From Balanoglossus misakiensis (taxonomy: Eukaryota; Animalia; Hemichordata), in NCBI GenBank assembly GCA_040954595.2, contig CM082594.2, positions 3,581,319 to 3,645,318 of the forward strand: DNA of 64,000 bases, in the 5' to 3' direction. Below, one piece after another: positions 25,201 to 37,200 of the stretch (positions are counted from its first letter, which is position 1; each line of letters begins with the position of its first letter). The position numbers and the translations under genes are program-made. The notes under the pieces were generated by a model. It was not told the origin of the DNA, did not search any database, and saw only the letters and a program-made list of their open reading frames with translations.

Positions 25201-28200
25201 ACAACACAGCCTCTTGAAACAACAGTCCTGAGAACAGAAGGGGCAACAACACAGCCTCTTGCAACAACTGTCCTGACAACAGAAGGGGCGACAACGGAGC
25301 CTCTTGAAACAACTGTCCTGACAACAGAAGGGGCAACGACACAGCCTCTTGCAACAACTGTCCTGACAACAGAAGGGGCAACAACACAGCCTCTTGAAAC
25401 AACTGTCCTGACAACAGAAGGGGCGACAACGGAGCCTCTTGAAACAACTGTCCTGACAACAGAAGGGGCGACAACACAGCCTCTTGAAACAACTGTCCTG
25501 ACAACAGAAGGGGCAACAACGCAGCCTCTTGAAACAACTGTCCTGACAACAGAAGGGGCGACAACGGAGCCTCTTGAAACAACTGTCCTGACAACAGAAG
25601 GGGCAACAACGCAGCCTCTTGAAACAACTGTCCTGACAACAGAAGGGGCGACAACACAGCCTCTTGAAACAACAGTCCTGACAACAGAAGGGGCGACAAC
25701 ACAGCCTCTTGAAACAACTGTCCTGACAACAGAAGGGGCGACAACACAGCCTCTTGAAACAACTGTCCTGACAACAGAAGGGGCGACAACACAGCCTCTT
25801 GAAACAACAGTCCTGACAACAGAAGGGGCGACAACACAGCCTCTTGAAACAACTGTCCTGACAACAGACGGGGCGACAACACAGCCTCTTGAAACAACTG
25901 TCCTGACAACAGAAGGGGCGACAACACAGCCTCTTGAAACAACAGTCCTGACAACAGAAGGGGCGACAACACAGCCTCTTGAAACAACTGTCCTGACAAA
26001 AGAAAGGGCGACAACACAGCCTCTTGAAACAACTGTCCTGACAACAGAAGGGGCAACAACGCAGCCTCTTGAAACAACTGTCCTGACAACAGAAGGGGCG
26101 ACAACAAAGCCTCTTGAAACAACAGTCCTGACAACAGAAGGGGCGACAACACAGCCTCTTGAAACAACTGTCCTGACAACAGAAGGGGCGACAACACAGC
26201 CTCTTGAAACAACTGTCCTGACAACAGAAGGGGCGACAACACAGCCTCTTGAAACAACTGTCCTGACAACAGAAGGGGCGACAACACAGCCTCTTGAAAC
26301 AACTGTCCTGACAACAGAAGGGGCAACAACACAGCCTCTTGAAACAACTGTCCTGACAACAGAAGGGGCGACAACACAGCCTCTTGAAACAACTGTCCTG
26401 ACAACAGAAGGGGCAACAACGCAGCCTCTTGAAACAACTGTCCTGACAACAGAAGGGGCAACAACGCAGCCTCTTGAAACAACTGTCCTGACAACAGAAG
26501 GGGCAACAACGCAGCCTCTTGAAACAACTGTCCTGACAACAGAAGGGGCGACAACACAGCCTCTTGAAACAACTGTCCTGACAACAGAAGGGGCGACAAC
26601 ACAGCCTCTTGAAACAACTGTCCTGACAACAGAAGGGGCGACAACACAGCCTCTTGAAACAACTGTCCTGACAACAGAAGGGGCAACAACGCAGCCTCTT
26701 GAAACAACTGTCCTGACAACAGAAGGGGCGACAACACAGCCTCTTGAAACAACTGTCCTGACAACAGAAGGGGCAACAACGCAGCCTCTTGAAACAACTG
26801 TCCTGACAACAGAAGGGGCGACAACACAGCCTCTTGAAACAACTGTCCTGACAACAGAAGGGGCAACAACGCAGCCTCTTGAAACAACTGTCCTGACAAC
26901 AGAAGGGGCGACAACACAGCCTCTTGAAACAACAGTCCTGACAACAGAAGGGGCGACAACACAGCCTCTTGAAACAACTGTCCTGACAACAGAAGGGGCG
27001 ACAACACAGCCTCTTGAAACAACTGTCCTGACAACAGAAGGGGCGACAACACAGCCTCTTGAAACAACAGTCCTGACAACAGAAGGGGCGACAACACAGC
27101 CTCTTGAAACAACTGTCCTGACAACAGACGGGGCGACAACACAGCCTCTTGAAACAACTGTCCTGACAACAGAAGGGGCGACAACACAGCCTCTTGAAAC
27201 AACAGTCCTGACAACAGAAGGGGCGACAACACAGCCTCTTGAAACAACTGTCCTGACAACAGAAAGGGCGACAACACAGCCTCATGAAACAACTGTCCTG
27301 ACAACAGAAGGGGCAACAACGCAGCCTCTTGAAACAACTGTCCTGACAACAGAAGGGGCGACAACAAAGCCTCTTGAAACAACAGTCCTGACAACAGAAG
27401 GGGCGACAACACAGCCTCTTGAAACAACTGTCCTGACAACAGAAGGGGCGACAACACAGCCTCTTGAAACAACTGTCCTGACAACAGAAGGGGCGACAAC
27501 ACAGCCTCTTGAAACAACTGTCCTGACAACAGAAGGGGCGACAACACAGCCTCTTGAAACAACTGTCCTGACAACAGAAGGGGCAACAACACAGCCTCTT
27601 GAAACAACTGTCCTGACAACAGAAGGGGCGACAACACAGCCTCTTGAAACAACTGTCCTGACAACAGAAGGGGCAACAACGCAGCCTCTTGAAACAACTG
27701 TCCTGACAACAGAAGGGGCAACAACGCAGCCTCTTGAAACAACTGTCCTGACAACAGAAGGGGCAACAACGCAGCCTCTTGAAACAACTGTCCTGACAAC
27801 AGAAGGGGCGACAACACAGCCTCTTGAAACAACTGTCCTGACAACAGAAGGGGCGACAACACAGCCTCTTGAAACAACTGTCCTGACAACAGAAGGGGCG
27901 ACAACACAGCCTCTTGAAACAACTGTCCTGACAACAGAAGGGGCAACAACACAGCCTCTTGAAACAACTGTCCTTACAACAGAAGGGGCGACAACTGTCC
28001 TGACAACAGAAGGGGCGACAACTGTCCTGACAACAGAAGGGGCAACAACACAGCCTCTTGCAACAACTGTCCTGACAACAGAAGGGGCAACAACGCAGCC
28101 TCTTGAAACAACTGTCCTGACAACAGAAGGGGCGACAACACAGCCTCTTGAAACAACTGTCCTGACAACAGAAGGGGCAACAACGCAGCCTCTTGAAACA

Positions 28201-31200
28201 ACTGTCCTGACAACAGAAGGGGCGACAACACAGCCTCTTGAAACAACTGTCCTGACAACAGAAGGGGCAACAACGCAGCCTCTTGAAACAACTGTCCTTA
28301 CAACAGAAGGGGCGACAACTGTCCTGACAACAGAAGGGGCGACAACTGTCCTGACAACAGAAGGGGCAACAACACAGCCTCTTGCAACAACTGTCCTGAC
28401 AACAGAAGGGGCGACAACACAGCCTCTTGAAACAACTGTCCTGACAACAGAAGGGGCGACAACACAGCCTCTTGAAACAACTGTCCTTACAACAGAAGGG
28501 GCGACAACTGTCCTGACAACAGAAGGGGCGACAACTGTCCTGACAACAGAAGGGGCAACAACACAGCCTCTTGCAACAACTGTCCTGACAACAGAAGGGG
28601 CGACAACACAGCCTCTTGAAACAACTGTCCTGACAACAGAAGGGGCAACAACGCAGCCTCTTGAAACAACTGTCCTTACAACAGAAGGGGCGACAACTGT
28701 CCTGACAACAGAAGGGGCGACAACTGTCCTGACAACAGAAGGGGCAACAACACAGCCTCTTGCAACAACTGTCCTGACAACAGAAGGGGCGACAACACAG
28801 CCTCTTGAAACAACTGTCCTGACAACAGAAGGGGCGACAACACAGCCTCTTGAAACAACTGTCCTTACAACAGAAGGGGCGACAACTGTCCTGACAACAG
28901 AAGGGGCGACAACTGTCCTGACAACAGAAGGGGCAACAACACAGCCTCTTGCAACAACTGTCCTGACAACAGAAGGGGCGACAACACAGCCTCTTGAAAC
29001 AACTGTCCTGACAACAGAAGGGGCGACAACACAGCCTCTTGAAACAACTGTCCTGACAACAGAAGGGGCGACAACACAGCCTCTTGAAACAACTGTCCTG
29101 ACAACAGAAGGGGCGACAACACAGCCTCTTGAAACAACTGTCCTTACAACAGAAGGGGCGACAACTGTCCTGACAACAGAAGGGGCGACAACTGTCCTGA
29201 CAACAGAAGGGGCAACAACACAGCCTCTTGCAACAACTGTCCTGACAACAGAAGGGGCGACAACACAGCCTCTTGAAACAACTGTCCTGACAACAGAAGG
29301 GGCGACAACACAGCCTCTTGAAACAACTGTCCTGACAACAGAAGGGGCGACAACACAGCCTCTTGAAACAACTGTCCTGACAACGGAAGGGGCGACAACA
29401 CAGCCTCTTGAAACAACTGTCCTGACAACAGAAGGGGCGACAACACAGCCTCTTGAAACAACTGTCCTGACAACAGAAGGGGCAACAACACAGCCTCTTG
29501 AAACAACTGTCCTGACAACAGAAAGGGCGACAACACAGCCTCTTGAAACAACTGTCCTGACAACAGAAGTGGCGACAACACAGCCTCTTGAAACAACTGT
29601 CCTGACAACAGAAGGGGCGACAACACAGCCTCTTGAAACAACTGTCCTGACAACAGAAGGGGCGACAACACAGCCTCTTGAAACAACTGTCCTGACAACA
29701 GAAGGGGCAACAACGCAGCCTCTTGAAACAACTGTCCTGACAACAGAAGGGGCGACAACACAGCCTCTTGAAACAACTGTCCTGACAACAGAAGGGGCAA
29801 CAACGCAGCCTCTTGAAACAACTGTCCTGACAACAGAAGGGGCGACAACACAGCTTCTTGAAACAACTGTCCTGACAACAGAAGGGGCAACAACGCAGCC
29901 TCTTGAAACAACTGTCCTTACAACAGAAGGGGCGACAACTGTCCTGACAACAGAAGGGGCGACAACTGTCCTGACAACAGAAGGGGCAACAACACAGCCT
30001 CTTGCAACAACTGTCCTGACAACAGAAGGGGCGACAACACAGCCTCTTGAAACAACTGTCCTGACAACAGAAGGGGCAACAACGCAGCCTCTTGAAACAA
30101 CTGTCCTTACAACAGAAGGGGCGACAACTGTCCTGACAACAGAAGGGGCGAATACTGTCCTGACAACAGAAGGGGCAACAACACAGCCTCTTGAAACAAC
30201 TGTCCTGACAACAGAAGGGGCGACAACTGTCCTGACAACAGAAGGGGCAACAACACAGCCTCTTGCAACAACTGTCCTGACAACAGAAGGGGCGACAACA
30301 GAGCCTCTTGAAACAACTGTCCTGACAACAGAAGGGGCGACAACTGTCCTGACAACAGAAGTGGCGACAACGGAGCCTCTTGCAACAACTGTACTGACAA
30401 CAGAAACAGATACGACACCAGAGCCTCTAACAACTGTCCTGACAACAGAAGGGGCGACAACTGTCCTGACAACAGAAGGGGCAACAACACAGCCTCTTGA
30501 AACAACTGTCCTGACAACAGAAGGGGCGACAACACAGCCTCTTGAAACAACTGTCCTGACAACAGAAGGGGATACGACACAGCCTCTTGCAACAACTGTC
30601 CTGACAACAGAAGGGGCAACAACACAGCCTCTTGAAACAACTGTCCTGACAACAGAAGGGGCGACAACTGTCCCGACAACAGAAGGGGCGACAACACAGC
30701 CTCTTCCAACAACTGTCCTGACAACAGAAGGGGCGACAACTGTCCTGACAACAGAAGGGGCAACAACACAGCCTCTTGAAACAACTGTCCTGACAACAGA
30801 AGGGGCGACAACTGTCCTGACAACAGAAGGGGAAACAACACAGCCTCTTGAAACAACTGTCCTGACAACAGAAGGGGCGACAACTGTCCTGACAACAGAA
30901 GGGGCAACAACACAGCCTCTTGAAACAACTGTCCTGACAACAGAAGGGGCGACAACTGTCCTGACAACAGAAGGGGCGACAACACAGCCTCTTGCAACAA
31001 CTGTCCTGACAACAGAAGGGGATACGACACAGCCTCTTGCAACAACTGTCCTGACAACAGAAGGGGCGACAACACAGCCTCTTGAAACAACTGTCCTGAC
31101 AACAGAAGGGGCAACAACGCAGCCTCTTGAAACAACTGTCCTTACAACAGAAGGGGCGACAACTGTCCTGACAACAGAAGGGGCGACAACTGTCCTGACA

Positions 31201-34200
31201 ACAGAAGGGGCAACAACACAGCCTCTTGAAACAACTGTCCTGACAACAGAAGGGGCGACAACTGTCCTGACAACAGAAGGGGCAACAACACAGCCTCTTG
31301 CAACAACTGTCCTGACAACAGAAGGGGCGACAACAGAGCCTCTTGAAACAACTGTCCTGACAACAGAAGGGGCGACAACTGTCCTGACAACAGAAGTGGC
31401 GACAACGGAGCCTCTTGCAACAACTGTACTGACAACAGAAACAGATACGACACCAGAGCCTCTAACAACTGTCCTGACAACAGAAGGGGCGACAACTGTC
31501 CTGACAACAGAAGGGGCAACAACACAGCCTCTTGAAACAACTGTCCTGACAACAGAAGGGGCGACAACACAGCCTCTTGAAACAACTGTCCTGACAACAG
31601 AAGGGGATACGACACAGCCTCTTGCAACAACTGTCCTGACAACAGAAGGGGCAACAACACAGCCTCTTGAAACAACTGTCCTGACAACAGAAGGGGCGAC
31701 AACTGTCCCGACAACAGAAGGGGCGACAACACAGCCTCTTCCAACAACTGTCCTGACAACAGAAGGGGCGACAACTGTCCTGACAACAGAAGGGGCAACA
31801 ACACAGCCTCTTGAAACAACTGTCCTGACAACAGAAGGGGCGACAACTGTCCTGACAACAGAAGGGGAAACAACACAGCCTCTTGAAACAACTGTCCTGA
31901 CAACAGAAGGGGCGACAACTGTCCTGACAACAGAAGGGGCAACAACACAGCCTCTTGAAACAACTGTCCTGACAACAGAAGGGGCGACAACTGTCCTGAC
32001 AACAGAAGGGGCGACAACACAGCCTCTTGCAACAACTGTCCTGACAACAGAAGGGGATACGACACAGCCTCTTGCAACAACTGTCCTGACAACAGAAGGG
32101 GCGACAACACAGCCTCTTGCAACAACTGTCCTGACAACAGGAGGGGCGACAACTGTCCTGACAACAGAAGGGGCAACAACACAGCCTCTTGAAACAACTG
32201 TCCTGACAACAGAATGGGCGACAACTGTCCTGACAACAAAAGGGGCGACAACACAGCCTCTTGCAACAACTGTCCTGACAACAGAAGGGGATACGACACA
32301 GCCTCTTGCAACAACTGTCCTGACAACAGAAGGGGCGACAACACAGCCTCTTGAAACAACTGTCCTGACAACAGAAGGGGCGACAACTGTCCTGACAACA
32401 GAAGGGGCAACAACACAGCCTCTTGAAACAACTGTCCTGACAACAGAAGGGGCGACAACTGTCCTGACAACAGAAGGGGCGACAACACAGCCTCTTGCAA
32501 CAACTGTCCTGACAACAGAAGGGGATACGACACAGCCTCTTGCAACAACTGTCCTGACAACAGAAGGGGCGACAACTGTCCTGACAACAGAAGGGGCGAC
32601 AACACAGCCTCTTGCAACAACTGTCCTGACAACAGAAGGGGCGACAACTGTCCTGACAACAGAAGGGGCAACAACACAGCCTCTTGAAACAACTGTCCTG
32701 ACAACAGAAGGGGCGACAACTGTCCTGACAACAGAAGGGACAACAACACAGACTCTTGAAACAACTGTCCTGACAACAGAAGGGGATACGACACAGCCTC
32801 TTGCAACAACTGTCCTGACAACAGAAGGGGTGACAACACAGCCTCTTGAAACAACTGTCCTGACAACAGAAGGGGATATGCCACAGCCTCTTGCAACAAC
32901 TGTCCTGACAACAGAAGGGGCAACAACGCAGCCTCTTGAAACAACTGTCCTGACAACAGAAGGGGCAACGACACAGCCTCTTGCAACAACTGTCCTGACA
33001 ACAGAAGGGGCTACGACACAGCCTCTTGCAACAACTGTCCTGACAAAAGAAGGGGCAACAACACAGCCTCTTGAAACAACTGTCCTGACAACAGAAGGGG
33101 CAACAACACAGCCACTTGCAACAACTGTACTTACAACAGAAATAGATACGACACCAGAGCCTCTAACAACTGTGCTGACAACTGAAGCGGCGACAACACA
33201 ACCTCTTCCAACAACTGTGCTGACAACAGAAATGGATACGACACCAGAGCCTCTAACAACTGTGCTGACAACAAAAGGAGCTACAACACAAGCTCTTCCA
33301 ACAACTGCGCTGACAACAGAAGGGGCAACAACACAGCCTCTTGAAACAACTGTCCTGACAACAGAAGGGGCGACAACACAGCCTCTTGAAACAACTGTCC
33401 TGACAACAGAAGGGGCAACAACGCAGCCTCTTGAAACAACTGTCCTGACAACAGAAGGGGCGACAACACAGCCTCTTGCAACAACTGTCCTGACAACAGA
33501 AGGGGATACGACACAACCTCTTCCAACAACTGTCCTGACAACAGATGGGGATACGATATCTCAGCCTCCAACAACTTTACCTCCAACCATTGCAGAGACA
33601 ACTAAAAAAACATCTACGCTTGTTACAACGTCCGAGCGAACGACTCAGCTACCAACCACAGTGAAGGCAACAACTAAATTAACTACTCAGCCTCGAACAT
33701 CTATTTTGACAACAACAGGGGCTACAACACCACAGGCTCCAACCACTGTAACTGAAACAACTGCAGAGACGACTGAGCAACATTCTACTCTTGCCACAAC
33801 CGCAGAACAAACAACTCAGCTGCCTACCACATTGAAGGCAACAACTGAAGCAACATCACAGCCCCCAACTACTTTAGCTCCAACCACTACAGAGACAACA
33901 CAACAACCGTCAACGCTTGTCACAACTACAGAGAAAACAACCCCACCGTCTTCCACAGTGAAAGCAACAACCGAATCGACAACTAAGCACCGGACAACCT
34001 TCATAAGTACAGCACCGGTTACAACACAGTCTATAACTACTGTAGCTCCAACAACTGCTCAGTCAACTCGGCACCATTCTACAACACCACCAATAAAGAC
34101 ATTACCCACAGAAACAAGTACAGCTGTTATTACGACAATAAAACCCAGTACTACAACACCAGGTGGATGCCACCCAATAGTTACAGGGTTCGGTATGTAC

Positions 34201-37200
34201 TTACATATTGCAACAATAAGATTTAATTTGTAGTGCACAATACTTGAAAGTGTATGCATAAGAGTAACACAAATGTTCCATTATTTATGCAAAAAATGTA
34301 AGATATTTACAGTAAAGACCTTCTTTGACTATCCCTGTTATATTTCTTTAATAGATGCCTGCATCAGTGATCCATGTGAAAATGGTGGTACCTGTGAGAA
34401 TACAGGCGTCTCTTACCGTTGCATCTGTCCTACAGGCTGGGTCGGAAGAAATTGTCAACTTGGTAAGAGGAGTGAATTGTATATTTTCTTTCAATCTGAT
34501 AGACTTTTAAGTTTATTGTTTGTCTTGAAATTACAATGATGAAAGTTTGTTATTAACCTCGTCAACATGATACCATTTCCGTGTGTGCCTCACTCTTAAA
34601 TAACTATCCATACAAATATTTTTGTCAATATTTTACTTTGTTTCCAACTCAACGAATTCATTATTCGATCGTATACAGCATTAATAAAATTGGACCTCTG
34701 ACACAATGGTTCCCGCTCCCCTATGTCTAAGCCTGTTTTGCCGTTCTTCATTTCAGAACGAAATTGGTGTCTAAATTTACCTTGTCAAAATGGAGGCTCG
34801 TGTAGGAGTGAGATAGATGGCTACAAATGTGACTGTCTTCCTGGATACAGCGGTGAAAGCTGTTCAAAAAGTATGTAAAGTTTATGATTTATGATGATTG
34901 AGTTAATTCTCTGTACCCTTCTGATCGACATGCAATCATTCAATCCAACTCAAAGCTTGTACCTGTGAACGGTAATCATTATGATAGTGTCACTTATGTT
35001 TTCCAGCAGTGCATAAAAGACATAAATTTAACTATTATGCGATACTGCGTTGTTGTTGATTTTCATTGTATAATTCCTGCTTCCAACAAGGAGTAAATCT
35101 GTCTATCGACGATGATTTTTTTTTCTGTCGCTATTACACCACTTAATCAACCACCCTTATCGTGGGCGTACTTTCCACATTTAGATACATATCACTGTAG
35201 GTCAAATCATTGCTATTGCCTTGTATTGCAGGATCTGCTCGCCCAGACTGTACCCGAAGTTGCCTGTTTGGCTCCTGTGAAATCACAGACGGCAAAACGC
35301 AGAAGTGTCGCTGTTATAGTGGGTTTGCTAAACTGACACTGGAAAATATAGATGTGGATATATGTAACGGTAAGGCAGGCTTATTTTGACTTCATATATA
35401 TATGTAACTGTAACTTGAAAAAAATGATTCCACGGTTTTTTCCTACAACATTGTTTCGTGGCCTCTCGACTCACTCGTCAGGATACTTTCTCACATGGTT
35501 TCTACCATTACACTCTTTGTTACTTTTTATATTAAACAAAATGAAACACATAAAATGGCGTGTTTTAAATTGTGCCAGAGCAAGTACATTGTATATAAAG
35601 CCATTTAGGCTGCATTCACAAACACCTCTGGAGGGGGGGGGGCAGGAGAATTGAGGGGGGGGGATTTGAAAAAATTGAGGGTATGTGAGGGGGGGGGATT
35701 TGAAATAATTTAGGGACTGAAAGGGGGGGACTTGAAAACTTTAACGACTAAATATTTATTTTGAGTCCACAAAAATGCAGTTTCGCGCCCTTTATTTTAC
35801 AAAATTTTCTAATGTGGGAGGGGGACACCCCCTCCCACACCCACCCCCTCCATTCATCAACACCTTTCAATCATTGAATGGTTTATCTAGTGTCCCAGGT
35901 CAGGGGACTTGCCCCACCCCATGATAACTTTGAGCGCCGACGGTTAAATTTGTCCTCCCCAACATACCTGTAGTTGAGTTAATTTGCTTTTGCCGGGTTC
36001 ATTAAAATGCAGCTTTGAGCTCTGTATTTTAGAAAATTTTCTTACGTGGGAGGGGGACACCCCCTTCAATTCTTGGTTTACAAAGTCTCCAAGACAGAAT
36101 ACAAATATATGTACTTAAAAAATAAAAACAATGTTCAGTTTTAATACCCACTGATGAGGGGAAACATCAGTTTCAAATTCTTTTCATGGGAGCGCTGTTT
36201 TTCTTTTTACAAGATAGATAGGTGATGTGTTTTGCTCTGTGAAAGACAATGGGGGGCGGGATTTCAAAATTTTGGCAGTTCGGAAGGGGGGGATTTGAAA
36301 ATATTGGCAGTTCGGAAGGGGGGCATGTGAAAATTAGCGGTAAAAAAAATTGAATTCTCCCGCCCCCCCCCTCCAGAGGTGTTTGTGAATGCAGCCTTAG
36401 ACAGCTGCAAATTTTAAAATAAAGTTCGCCCAAAGAAAAAGTTAATGTTATTTCGTTTTGTCTTTTTTTCTCTGCAGATATAAATGAATGCGGACTGGGA
36501 TTACATAATTGTTCACACATTTGTGTTAATCTGCCTGGGTTTCATCTTTGTTTCTGTGATGCGGGCTATTATCGTGAGGATGACGGAGTGACGTGTACCG
36601 GTAGGTGGATCTCTGCCACTACAAAGGGAATTGCAGGATGAGTTTTGTCAATAAGATTGGCCCTCTCTCGTATTCTGCCACCGCAGCCACGAAGAGGGTC
36701 CGATGTGTGTCATTCTTTCATTTGATATTATTTGTTAACGTTCTGATTAGTGAATGTTAGTTTCTTGCTTTGGAAGTTATTTAGTATTTACAACACAATG
36801 ACATACTGACATCGGGAATGTGAAACAAAACATAAAACTACCCTATCATTGAATGTCTCATTTTGGGAAAGGGGTATAATTTGAACGTATTTTTAGCTTT
36901 GCCATGCGTCTTTGCCTTTATTACAGAGGTCAACGAATGCGAATCAAATCCCTGTCTGAACGGAGAATGTGTGGATTTGGTGAATTCATACAGGTGCGAC
37001 TGCTGTCCGGGATATACCGGTGATATATGTGAGACAAGTAAGTCAAGGCATCAGCACTGCAATAATTATTCATCTGGGTTTGCTGCCACTGACCTATTTT
37101 AATAGCTTTTTAGGTGAAGACGAATGAAAACGTGCACTTCGTGCCCTGGGAGTGACGCTAATAACGGGTATTACTTATCTTGGAACCAACAACCCACACA

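Noticed and set aside
25033-27285. 750-aa Cys-rich antisense ORF ([15 protein letters not shown])n resembling keratin-associated or metallothionein-like proteins
   Set aside because: Shadow of the 45-bp mucin repeat (ACA ACA reads TGT TGT on the other strand). Its ATG comes from a single repeat variant, and only the + frame has splice sites linking it to a coherent gene.
25058-33001. Leu-rich antisense ORFs ([15 protein letters not shown])n
   Set aside because: Same repeat shadow; broken by a stop wherever the synonymous CTT-ACA variant occurs, so there is no sign of selection on this frame.
25046-33545. Possible CRISPR-like array
   Set aside because: Units are contiguous tandem repeats without unique spacers, lie in an open coding frame, and sit in a eukaryotic intron-exon context.
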